Positions 10,681 through 22,264 of a stretch of DNA of 64,000 bases are shown here, in pieces. A model generated the notes under the pieces. The model made no database searches, had not been told where the DNA came from, and saw nothing but the letters and a program-made list of their open reading frames with translations. Source of the stretch: Paramoeba atlantica (lineage: Eukaryota; Protista; Discosea); the NCBI GenBank assembly GCA_977017575.1, contig CDRNVI010000059.1, positions 415,113-479,112 of the forward strand, written 5' to 3'. Position 1 is the stretch's first letter, and the number at the start of each line of letters is the position of its first letter. The position numbers and the translations under genes are program-made.

Positions 10681-11486
10681 TTATATTACTGTGTCCCTCT
10701 TTATATTTTAACTGTTTTTGTTCACTTTTTTTTCAATAATCGAGTGTAGAGCGGTAGTTTTACAACCACCGCAATTTCTTTTTTAGGCTCTTTGTTAAAC
10801 GCGGCGGTAGTTTTCAACGCGAAGCGCGCAGCATGAGTGACTTCTAAGTTGAAAACAACCACCGCGTTTAACAAAGAGCCTAAAAAAGGAAATTTAGCCT
10901 GGAAAACGGAAAGATTATAGCCAAAAATAGCCGAAATTCGGGTAAAATTGGGGTGATTTTCGCGTAGTTTTGCTCTCAGAGCACTAAATCCGACATTTGC
11001 GCGTGGGAAATCACTCTAAGGCATGAATGGAAGCCTATTGAACGTATTGGGTAGAGAATGCGACTCCAACCATACCATTCTTTCGACACAAAAATGCCCC
11101 TTTAGGTCCGAAAAATACTTTTTTCACCTTTTTTTAGTCAAAAATGGGTCATTTTGAGGTGCTCACCACGGTTCGAAGAAGTGATACCTTGCGAAAACAA
11201 CTGCGGAGAAAGCTAGTGTAGGTCCCAAACTATCAAAATACAATAGGGGGAAACGATTTTGGAAAAGTATTTTTTTTGTCATTTTTTTAGCCCCGAGACC
11301 CCCCCACGGAGCCCCCCCAGATCCCCCATTTTTTTCAATTTTTTTTTTCAGTTTTGGACCACCGGAGCCCCCTTTTATATTTTTTTCTTCTATTATATTA
11401 CTGTGTTCCCCTTTATATTTTCATTGTTTTAGTTCACTTTTTTTGCAATAATCGAGGTAGAGCGGTAGTTATACAACCACCGCAAT
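10681..11486. mobile_element. Two inverted-orientation R1 copies joined head-to-tail at 10775/10776
   Basis: CCACCGCAAT is directly followed by TTCTTTTTTAGGCTC; the second copy is internally deleted. Confidence 0.8.
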
Positions 11487-11689
11487 GAAAAATTAGATAA
11501 AGTGGGACGATATATGGCAGCCCCCTGGGGGAAAAGAGATAAGCTTGTGAAGACAAGTGAGGTAAACTACGGAACAATGGCAAGTTGAATGGCAAATTAT
11601 GAAGATATAAAGAAGTCTGTACAACGAGGATTTGGCACCCTTACAAAGTTAATGCCACTCGTAAAATACAAGGAGCGTATAAGGAGATT

Positions 11690-12512
11690 ATTGCGGTGGT
11701 TGTAAAACTCCCGCTCTACCCTCGATTATTGAAAAAACAGTGAACAAAAACAGTGAAAATATAAAGAGGAACACAGTAATATAATAGAAGAAAAGCGGCT
11801 CCGGTGGTCCAAAACATTTTAAAAAAAATCGGACCCTTGGAGGGTCCATGGGGGGGGGGTCCAGTGGGGGTCATACCGCACGAATTTTTTTTGAAAAATT
11901 ATTTTTCGAAACAAAATAGCAGAAGGGGTAGCCGGGGTCTTGGTGCGTATTTTCCACCCCCTACCCGGGGGTGACCCCCCCTCGTATGCGCAGGACGGGT
12001 CCGACAAGTTCGGATTTTTTCGGAAAAAAAATATGTAAAACAATTTCAACTTGGCGAAAAAATGGCAAGAAGAAATATTTTTCCAAAGTTGTTTCGCCTA
12101 TGGTATTTTATCATTGGTCTACGTCCTTCTAGCATTCTACGTCATTGGTTTTGCGAGATGTCGCTTCTTGAAGCCGTGGTACGCCCCTCAAAATGACCGA
12201 TTTTTGACCCAAAAAATGCGAAAAAGTAATTCTCTACCCAATACGGACTGTAGCCTCGAATGCATGCTTACGAGCGTTTTGCCACGAGCAAATGTCGAAT
12301 TTAGTGCTCTAAGAGCAAAAATACTCAAAAATCACCCCAATTTTACCCGAATTTCGGCTATTTTTGGCTATAATCTTTCCGTTTATCGGGCTAAATTTTC
12401 TTTTTTAGGCTCTTCGTTAAACGCGGCGGTAGTTTTCAACGCGAAGCGCGCAGCATGAGTGATTTCTAAGTTGAAAACAACCACCGCGTTTAACGAAGAG
12501 ACTAAAAAAGAA
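11690..12512. mobile_element. R1 diverged copy
   Basis: Both termini are recognisable; the interior is more diverged. Confidence 0.75.
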
Positions 12513-13089
12513 TGAGTAGATCAACAATGCTTTTGGAGAGCAATGATGTACTTAAACAGCAATAATCAACTTAGTCTGAATCTTCTTGTTCATATGTCCA
12601 CCAGGAATCTGGGAATTAGAGTCGGATAGTTCCTTCGATTTGAAAAAATTCAATATGGAACCATCTTTTAGGCCTTGGGGTAACGCCCGCTTGGGGCTTC
12701 AAACTTTGAATTTTGCCACTCTGCCACCTCCGCCTATGTACTCATACTTAAATGTACGATGTTCAGGGTTTTGATCGCCCTGTGTTGTGGCACATTTAGT
12801 AGCTCCAGTATGTGCCGCTTCATCAGGGGAACTGTCAGTTCCACCGGAATGTTCGCTTTGCACACTCTTTGCCGGTGTATAATTCACCTTCTTCAGCAAC
12901 AAAGAGTTGCCATTGCTCGTAAATCTGAGCTGCGCGTTTGTGCTTCTTGCTAGCACTGCGTGAGGGTAACACGTACCCTTTTCGCTCCTTTCTTATTCTC
13001 AAAGAAAGTACAACATTCGCAAATGCGTAATGTTTTGCCTCAGGCTTTGTTAGAGCCTTTCGGCTGTCCCCAATTGCTATGATCACCAA

Positions 13090-13870
13090 TTGCTATCATG
13101 GCGGAGGTGGCGCAGTGGCAATAATTCAAAGTTTGTATCACATGGTGCTCAGACGGCGAGTTCAAACCCACTCATCGCAATATTCCTGGCGGCCTCACTC
13201 TAAGAGGCTGGGCTGATAACCGACTAAGCCCAGTACTCGGAGGACCGTCCCGGACCCTCCCCTCAGGGAACCAGCTCCCTTACCCGGCTTACAGCTCTTG
13301 GGCAAGCTGTGTTGACGTACAGTTCGTCGACGCAGCGTGCTGGCAACAGCACGTTGGTGCCGCCTTGGACAAGCGGAAACCCCAAAATCCAATCCAAATC
13401 ATTCCGGATTGCTCCGGATGGTCACTGGCAAGCCAGGCCCTTCACAGACAGATTTGGAAGTTCCGAGGCCGACGTCCTCTACCAGTTTCCGCTTGTCCAA
13501 GGCGGCACCAACGTGCTGTTGCCAACACGCTGCGTCAACGAACTGTACGTCAACATGGCTTACCCAAGAGGTGTAAGCCGGGTAAGGGAGCTGGTTCCCT
13601 GAGGGGAGGGTCCGGGACGGTCCTCCGAGTACTGGGCCCAGTCGGTTCTCAGCCCAGCCTCTTAGAGTGAGGCCGCCAGGAATATTGCGATGAAGAGTGA
13701 GGCCGCCAGGAATATTGCGATGAGTGGGTTTGAACTCGCCGTCTGAGCACCATGTGCTTCGGCCACTAAACTAAGCGGAAACTGGTAGAGGACGTCGGCC
13801 TCCGGAACTTCCAAATCTGTCTGTGAAGGGTCTGGCTTGCCAGTGACCATCCGGAGCAATCCGGAAATGA
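13090..13870 (+). mobile_element. SINE-A (+) containing a nested, 5'-truncated SINE-A (-) at 13381-13772
   Basis: TSD AAGCGGAAAC at 13371-13380 and 13773-13782; the nested copy shows its tail as CCCCAAAATCCAATCCAAATC. Confidence 0.88.
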
Positions 13871-14512
13871 TGATCACCCTGGTGGGGAGGGGGGTGGCAG
13901 GGGGTACCCATCGGAACTGTTGAAAAACTAGTTATTTTGTCATTCAATTTGATTCATACGTCTACCGTTTTTCCTTGCGCCTCCTCCTTCCTCTGCGGCC
14001 TTGCGTGTCACACACTTCCGGGTAAATTTTGGACTTTGTAGGTGTATTATCGGCACAGGGTGGAGAAATGTCGAATGAAATCAAAGAGTATACAGGTATA
14101 GAAGGCTCGAAACTCTCAAAAAAGTGGTCTAGGAGTTGATTTAGGAAAAATATATTTTTTCACTTTCACCCATAAATTTTTAGTTTCTTTTTGCAAAATT
14201 TCAAAAATTGCTATGATCAGAACTAGTTATTTTGTCACAAAATTCGATTCGTACATATTGGTGAAACGATATTTTGGTGAAACGATATCGGGCACGAAAT
14301 CGGGCCACAAATCGGGTACGACGAATTAACCTATGGTAGCGAGGGAGTAGTGCAGATTGAAAGGGGCGAGGGAGATACGAAGCAACAGGCGTGGCAGATT
14401 CCCACTGAAAAGAAATGGTATCTCCCCGCACGAAAAACGCCTTTTCGCTTTCTAGCTCGTAGACAAACTTCGTGCAGGGAGATACCATTTCTTTTCAGTG
14501 GGAATCTGCCGC

Positions 14513-17500
14513 ACAGAATAACAACAAAGACACTGATATTGAAATATCAGTTAACGGATTTGTAGTTCATACTAGTAACGAAGCATACAAAAATACAATA
14601 TCACCTAGAATTTGCGCGGTGAAGCACCTTCCACAGCCCTGTCATCCATGTATCCTAGTTACTTTCTTTGGAAATGCCTCTTTAGGGCGAATGTGTCTTC
14701 CAGCAACTCGCCTTCATATTCATTTGACCTTCTGACCTGTTGGCTCTATAACTCTGTTTTTGCCTAGGGCACAGAGCGAGACGCGTTGTTAATTCAAAAC
14801 CTTGTTTACGCAACCAGTGTATATAAAAAGGGTATGTATATTTTGAAAAGAAAGAAAATAATAATGAGCCCATTCAAACACCTCCCTATGCATGAAAATT
14901 CAGTCCTCATTTGTTTAATCAGAACTCCTCGTAGATTTTTGTGTTGTACATTCCTCCTCACAATGTAATCGTTTAATTTGTGGAGTGCGCGTCGTAACTG
15001 TAGGTACGAAAACCTTGGTTTTACGTTGTACACGTTGTTTTTCATTATTCTGGAGCCTTTTTGGGCAAACTTTCTCATTGGATCTTGTTTGCTTGGCCTT
15101 TGATCGATCACGTTTGTGCGTTTCTGATTTAGAATTTCTACTATTTGATTCCTTCGCGGATCTGTTTATTGGTTGTACGGGGCTGGGGTTTATGTCTTTG
15201 GCCGTAACCTGTGGGAGCGCGAAAGCTGGCAAAGTGCGTTTTTGCAAAGTTTTAATTTTCTTATCAGTACTCAATGGAATAGGGTCTCTCCTTTTCGTGT
15301 GTGATTTATCATCAAAGCCACGGTAACAGAAGGAGCAATTTACTTCAACTTGTTGCGAGGCGCGTTTCGCAAGCCAATCCGATCTGGCATTGTGCGGATT
15401 ACCTTCATGACCCCTGACTTTAATGCAGTAAATGTTATGATTCTCCTCTATCTAAAAGCAAATCCGGGTTATTTTTGATAAAAGCTCCGAATTTTCGAAT
15501 GACTGAAATCCGATTAAAGAAAACCTCTTCCGAATTACGTGAAAGAAGTCCCAGACATACGCCGAATCCGTGTGAATAACAGCGTCCTTGGAATGTGTCC
15601 TTGCAAGGCTCAACGCCACATAGACAGCGTATAGTTCTGCGGCTGTTATGGTGAGCGATATGTGTGTCGGTGGTTTCAATCCTATAAGTGTCTTCCCGAC
15701 TCGTCCCCCCAACAACACGATACCACACCCTGAAGAAGTTCTCGTTCTCGTCGTTTTTAGTGCTCCATCGGTGTATAGATGCAATGAATCTGATAGAAAA
15801 TGGAAAGGTACTGACCCCTCTTCAACAAATTGTAGCGTTGCATAGTTTTCCTCATCTTGCAAGCTGCGTACATTCTTTCCCCACCCAGGAGATTCAATAG
15901 GCTTATAGGTTGGGCGGGGCTCCAGGCGTGATTTCAAACGATCCACATTCGAACGCCATCGTGACCGATCCTTGGAAATTTGAATTACTTCTGATAGGGA
16001 CAAGCCAAGGCCATCGGAACATGCTTCGGAAAGAGAGGCGTGTGTCGTTTTACCTCGCTCGCGCCAAAGAATAGCAACACTGAATGGAGAATCGTGCCGA
16101 AGAAGGTGACCAATAAGCTGCGCCCGTTGAGTCTTTGCTGTGGTGCTGAGCTTCAAATCATTCTGATATAGAGCTTCTAATCGAATAGACCGTTTTCCAC
16201 CCGGTGCGAGCGTAGTTGGTAGACGGTGGGCCTTACAACCTGCAGGGTGTGGGTTCGATTCCCGCTATCGACAAAACTCGCAACCTGGCGGCCTCACTTC
16301 AAAGGGAAAGCGATCAGGAGTGCCTTCAAGGCCCACACCCAACCCCGCTCCCCTGGAGGACCGACCCGGAACCGCCGAGCTGAACCAGGTTCCAGCGCAG
16401 CCGCTAAATTGCGAGCTGCTTACGCAAAGGAGGCTTGAGACACAGCCTACACGATGCAACGGGGTTGGACGCCAGTCCTGGTATCTACGGTTGGGTAGCC
16501 GTTCTCGGGCCGCAAGGCGTCGAGTGCCGCCTGGGAAGGGGGTAGCAAGACGATGAAGGTCGGTGACCTGAGGCTCTACCCTAACGGTTGGCGCTGCAGA
16601 GCCCTCCGTGTTCTTCTCTCTCTTCTCTCTCTCTCTCTCTCTTCCACCCCATGTACGCCCAACATTGCATACCATTCTTCGCATCTTATTCATCTCAATG
16701 TCGAGTTCCCGAAGTTTGGAAGTCGATATATCCCACGCCCCTGCATTGTAGTTCACTACCGGCATGACTAGCGTGCGGAATACTGTCATTCGACTAGACA
16801 TTGGAAGAGGCGATTTCCATATTGACCGGAGTTTGTACATCACCGCCCATCCTAATCTCAAACGTTCGTTGGGTGCAACATTGCGATCATCACTCTCCTG
16901 TGTGCTGCCCAGGTACCGGTATTTGTAGACTCAAGGAATTTGCCCTACCCATGGTACTCTAAGTTCACCTTCGTGCCAAGGGTCATCCAGGCAGTTTTAT
17001 TGTTTCCTAGATTAATGCACAGATTAGATTTCCTAGCGACTTTAAAGAGACTTTCTAACATGTCGGCCAGTTCGACCTTAGTTGGCGCGAATAGGACTAA
17101 ATCATCGGCGTAATCAATGTCTGAGATACACAAATGCTTCTCACCCCGGCTCTTCGTTCCCGTGCAATAGGTTATTAGACCGGACTCCTTTGCGTTAATT
17201 GCTTCAGCCATTATCCGATCGAGAACCATGATGAAAAGATAGGGGGCGAGAACATCTCCTTGCAAAGTTCCATTGTTGATTGAAAAGGGTTCCATATTCC
17301 CATGCGGTGTTCTTACGAAAAATTGTACCCCAGCATACATACTCATAATTACTTTGGTGAGGTGTTCGGGTATATGAAAAGCTTTCAATGCACTTACATT
17401 GGCGGAGAATGATACTGATGGAAAATCCTGCTTGAAATCCACGAATGCCACTGCAACTCCCTGACTTCTCAAAGCCTTGGCGGAGATTTCTACGAAAGTA

Positions 17501-19708
17501 GCTTGTGCACCAGCAGTCGATCGGTGTGGGCGAAAACCGAATTGATTCGGCCGAAGCATGTTTTCTACCGCTGGTTGAATTCGGTCTAATACCATCCTGT
17601 TCATTATCTTGACCACGTGATTTACTATGCATACCGGCCTCCAGTTGGACAGATTGCCCAGATTTCCCTTTTTTGGAAAAGGCACTTGCAATATCATTTT
17701 CCTTTTGTCTGATGCAATTCCTGTCAAGCAAAGTCCCTATATCCTATATGAAGCAAAGTCCCCATCAATCCCTCATTTGCGCTCAATGACCTTAACGCTT
17801 CGATTGGAATACCATCGGAACCTGCCGCTTTTACCGACTTCACTTTCAGTAGTGCGGAACACAGCTCTGATATTGTAAACTCTCCATCTTGTATTCCAAA
17901 GAGGCTCTTTGTCGAAAGAGGAAAGTTTACCAGACCACCTGTGTTCATCTCTTGCTGCCCGATCGCCTGAAAGTGATTTTGGACAGTGCGGAGGCTATCC
18001 CGAACAGTATCACCAAACAAAGAAAATTCCTTTCTATTGTCACCTACAATGTTTCGTATGGTGCGGTAAGCGCTCTTCGGACGTTTGTATAAATCTTCCG
18101 CAAGCACGTTGCATTCTTCTTTTATGCTTTTTCCAATCTTTTCCGCATGTGCCCTGGCAAAAGCATCAAATCTGCGCGGATTTCGAGCAACTTTCACAGT
18201 AGCTTTCATGTCGAGCTACCCGGGACCCGGCGCTTCATCCTTATTTGTATTGTGATTAGAAACTCGGGAAGGAAGCTCTCCGGAAGCATTTTTTACGACA
18301 TTAGCGAATTTGTCCCACAACAAAGGACCGACTGCATCATCTCTTGTTCGTTTGTTGCCACCCTCCATTGCCAATTCTACGTTCTTGACAAATTTATCCT
18401 TTATTACCTCATTCCGAAGAGATCCCCAAAAAGGCACTTGTTTACCAGCTTTGCTTTGCACCTTCCACCGTATTTTCAACTGTGCTCTCACCACGCAGTG
18501 GCGCGTCGGTAATGGGGCTAGAAGCACCCGCTGAGAGCGAATCGCTGAACTAAAGCGTGTGTTTGTAATGATGTGATCCAGCTGCTTCGTGAGTCCCAGA
18601 GGATGTTTCACATTAGGCGGGAACCGATACGTCCACTTCCTCCCCGCACTACAACATTCGTGCGCGGATTTTGCTCCTATAGATAGCAGAAACTTCCTAA
18701 ATTGTTTCGCCCTTTTAGAAAAACACTTCACCCCCTGCGGCGTTTGCAGAGGCGAGTTCATATCTCCACATATAAGCTTCAATGCCGACTGTGAGCCATG
18801 CCATGCATCAAAGAGCTTCTCATCAAACTCAGACTGTATAGCTTGTTTGGCGCCTGCTGTTGGAGAGTAAACATTGAATACACTCGCTCTAACATCACCA
18901 AGTTCAATAGTTCCCCTCATCATTCTATCACTGATCTTGTCAACATGCATAAGTAATAGATTTATCATTGCCATCCCGTTATACCCATTAACGGCACACA
19001 TAAGATATAGATGAATGCTCATGCCACCCAGGTAGAGCCGACGGTGAATAATTGGCTCCTCACCTTTAAACGACAAACGCGTTTCCTGCAGAGTCATTAA
19101 GGAAACACCGTAACTCCTCATGAATGCCACGACTTGATGTAGTCGATAGCATCCCCGTAGAGCAAACTCGTCCGTGCTTTTGCACTTCAACGTATCCACG
19201 TTAATAGTACTCACCACAAACCCACCTCTCATAGCTTGCATCTTGGGCTGCTCTCGGACTCCACGCCGAAAACAGTTTTTGCGCTTCCGATCTCGTCTTG
19301 ACCGGCGCTTTGGAAGAAGACCCACTCTGCCGCCTAGAATAAGGATCCTGTCGTCCCTCGGGGGAAACGGGAGAAGCTGACCATTCATCAAGTCATACTT
19401 GATAAGCCAGGAAGACTTATCCAGCGATGAATGAACAACTCCTTCCCAGAGAATTGCTCGTGCGTCGTAAGCCTTACTCCAAACGACTGCTACCCGTTTG
19501 CCCACTTTCAAAGCACCTGTCATACGATAAAGTGCACGCGGCCGGAGTTTAGCCACACCCTCTCTCTGCTGTGGGGGGAGAAAAAGGTTGCCCCGACCAC
19601 ACCTGGCCGACCGTAGCTTTTCACAGACTCTTAACATGCTATCGAACGGTCCGGAGGCCTCCGCCATTTTGTACTAACTTGTTAATACAAAAAGTGATTA
19701 ATACAAAA
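14513..19708 (-). mobile_element. Full-length but frameshifted LINE (N-terminal domain, APE, RT, RNase H) with a SINE-B insertion
   Basis: TSD AATCTGCCGC at 14503-14512 and 19709-19718; ORF pieces 18216-19667 (QETR, VYSPT, GDMNS, LDHI), 17724-18209, 16945-17727 (QGDVLAPYLF, YADD), 15452-16156 (YTDG, HTDSAYV); 3' hairpin ACTGATAT-TGAA-ATATCAGT and (TTG)-like tail. Confidence 0.92.
16203..16641 (+). mobile_element. SINE-B: tRNA-derived SINE (head possibly tRNA-Val TAC) with a (CT/TTC)n tail
   Basis: Head GGTGCGAGCGTAGTTGGTAGA...CTTACAA...GGTTCGATTCCC; TSD TTCCACCC at 16195-16202 and 16642-16649; removing it restores the LINE frame (GRTWGGKRSIRLEALY). Confidence 0.9.
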
Positions 19709-19769
19709 AATCTGCCGCGCCTGTTGCTTCGTATCTCCCTCGCCCCTTTCAATCTGGGTTATCTCCCAG

Positions 19770-20422
19770 CTGGCCACTGCATCAATACAGTCACCGCCTC
19801 AAGTAGCAGTACACTTACTCTCGCACGTGCCACTGCAGCTACATTGCATTACTGCAGTCACTTCCTCACGTGGCAGTACACTTACTCTTTCACGTACCAC
19901 TGTACTTACAGTGGTAGTGCACTTACTCTGGCACGTGCCACTGCAGCTGCACTGCATCAGTGTGCAACCACTCCGTCACGTGGCACTGCTCTTACTCTTT
20001 CACGCGACAGTGCATCTACACTGCGTTCACTGCCTCACGTGGCAGTACAACACTGCCACGAAAGAGTAAGTGCCACGTGTACAAGTATCCACGTGGCACT
20101 TACTCTTTCACGTACCACTGTACTTACAGTGGCAGTGCACTTACTTTCGCACGTGCCACTGTACTTGCACTGCATCACTGTACAACCCCTGCCTCACGTG
20201 GCAGTGCATTTACTATCGCACGTGCCACTGTACGTGCACTGCGTCACTATGCAACCACTGCTTCACGTGGCTGTGCACTTACTCTCTCACGTGCCACTGC
20301 AGCTGCGCTGCATCACTGCGTTCACTGCCTCACGTGGCAGTGTACTTACTCTCTCACGCGCCACTGCTTCTATACGGCGTTCACTGCCGCACGTGGCAGT
20401 ACACTTAATCTTTCACGTACGT
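19770..20422. repeat. Degenerate minisatellite rich in CACGTG palindromes
   Basis: Recurring CACGTGGCAGT..CACTTACTCT..CACGTGCCACTG units. Confidence 0.85.
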
Positions 20423-20424
20423 GA

Positions 20425-20928
20425 TCCTGCAAAAAAAAATTCAAATCATTCCGGATCGCTCCGGACGGTCACTGGCAAGCCATACCCTTCACAGACAGAT
20501 TTGGGCGGTGCGAGCGTACTTGGTAGACGGTGGGCCTTACAACCTGCAGGTTGTGGGTTCGATTCCCGCTATTGACAAAACTCGCAACCTGGCGGCCTCA
20601 CTTCAAAGGGAAAGCGATCAGGAGTGCCTTCAAGGCCCACACCCAACCCCGCTCCCCTGGAGGACTGACCCGGAACCGCCGAGCTGAACCAGGCTCCAGC
20701 GCAGCCGCTAAATTGCGAGCTGCTTACGCAAAGGAGGCTTGAGACACAGCCTACACGATGCAACGGGGTGGACGCCCGTCCTGGTAGCTACGGTTGGGTA
20801 GCCGTGCTCGGGCCGCAAGGCGTCGAGTGCCGTCTGGGAAGGGGGTAGCAAGACGATGAAGGTCGGTGACCTGAGACTCTATCCTAACGGTTGGCGCTGC
20901 AGAGCCCTCCGTGTTCTTCTTCTTCTTC
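20425..20928. mobile_element. SINE-A 3' fragment (-, 20425-20503) abutting SINE-B (+, 20507-20928)
   Basis: Near identity to the other copies; SINE-B ends in (TTC)n. Confidence 0.85.
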
Positions 20929-21029
20929 CCCGATACATTTTTGAGGGGATGGCATACGTCGCGAAATTTCTTTCCAATTTTTTGCTTTTCGAAATCGAGC
21001 GTAGGGAAGTTACAACCACTGCAATATAA

Positions 21030-21600
21030 CCCAGGCTAAAGCGGACGAGAGAGATACTAAGGGCACCTTTGGCAAACTACCACAAAACTGGGACAGTATC
21101 TCCCGTTAAAGATTCTGGGGCCCTTCAGAATGCTTTACAAACCGGAAGATACCGTTTCAGTTTTCTGGTAGTGTAGCGTACCTCTTTTCTGGCCTTCAAG
21201 AACGTCACGTTCCTTCTTTACCTCAACTACGTTCGACATTCCGTACAATTCGGTAAGAAGAGTACGGATTTGCCGTTCGAAAATGCTAGTGCATCTACAG
21301 GATTCACTTGCACAAACTCAGATCGCCTGAGAGGGTTGGCCCGCATTTCCTGCATTTTTTCGCTCTCATCATTTGTGATGATTCTTAGAGCTAGAACGTT
21401 ATCGTTCATGTTTGGACTCACTGTGATCCAGTAGGTTGACAGTCCGTATCGCCTGTATAAGGCGTAGATCTGACCTTGTGATGCCTTTCGCTTTGCTGGC
21501 AGAAACTTTGTTTCCAGCAGTTTCGCCTCGGAACTGTTTGGGTTAAATTTGTTTTCCAAAGGTGCATTTAGTATCTCCTTCGTCCACTTTACTTCCTAGA
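21030..21600. mobile_element. MITE-1 copy with a Helitron Rep fragment inside its right TIR
   Basis: TIR halves at 21030-21105, 21147-21172 and 21554-21600 match 10476-10680. Confidence 0.7.
21227..21559 (-). pseudogene. Helitron-type Rep (HUH) motif-1 fragment
   Basis: IYALYRRYGLSTYWITVSPN...NPVDALAF resembles the Helitron Rep pattern G.P..F.T.SP...NP. Confidence 0.6.
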
Positions 21601-21676
21601 TTATATTTTTCGAAATTTCAAAAATTGCTACGATCACCCTGGTGGGGAGGGGGGGGGACATGGAGTACCCATCGGA

Positions 21677-22264
21677 ATTGCGGTGGTTGTAAAACTACCG
21701 CTCTACACTCGATTATTGAAAAAAAAGTGAACAAAAACAGTGAAAATATAAAGGGGAACACAGTAATATAATAGAAGAAAAAAATATAAAAGGGGGCTCC
21801 GGTGGACCAAAACTGAAAAAAAAATTTGAAAAAAATGGGGGGTCCATGGGGGGGGTCCAGGGGGGGGGATCATGGTCGAGCAAATTTTTTCGAAAAAATT
21901 AGTTTTCGAAAAAAAACCGCAGAAGGGGTAGCCGGGGTCTTGGCGCGCATTTTCCACCCCCCTACCCGGGGGTGACCCCCCCGCGTATCCGCAGGACGGG
22001 TCCGCCAAGCTCGGATTTTTTCGGAAAAAAAACGTTTGAAAACAAATTCAACTTGGCGAAAAAAATGACAAAAAAAATATTTTTCCAAAATCGTTTCCCC
22101 TATTGTATTTTGATAGTTTGGGACCTACACTGGCTTTCTCAGCAGTTGTTTTCGCAAGGTATCCCTTCTTCGAACCGTGGTGCGCCCCTCCAAATGACCC
22201 ATTTTTGACTAAAAAAGGTGAAAAAGTATTTTTCGGACCTAAAGGGGCATTTTTGTGTCGAAAG
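21677..22264. mobile_element. R1 truncated copy fused to the Helitron coding remnant
   Basis: R1 left terminus at 21677; homology to other R1 copies stops near 22264. Confidence 0.75.

Larger units (their letters stand above)
14353..19756. mobile_element. MITE-2 split by a full-length LINE insertion
   Basis: Outer TIR CAGATTGAAAGGGGCGAGGGAGATACGAAGCAACAGGCG at 14353 and its reverse complement at 19717-19756. Confidence 0.8.

Noticed and set aside
11487-11689. Possible helicase-like peptide (MAAPWGKRD) and other unassigned spacers such as 12513-12940
   Set aside because: Too short and interrupted to assign without a search.
16203-16275. Functional tRNA genes at the SINE-B and SINE-A heads
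   Set aside because: A and B boxes are present but the acceptor and T stems pair poorly, and each head is fused to the same downstream body with TSDs; these are SINE heads.
19571-20575. 334-aa and overlapping ORFs across the CACGTG minisatellite
   Set aside because: Low-complexity read-through of the repeat in several frames.
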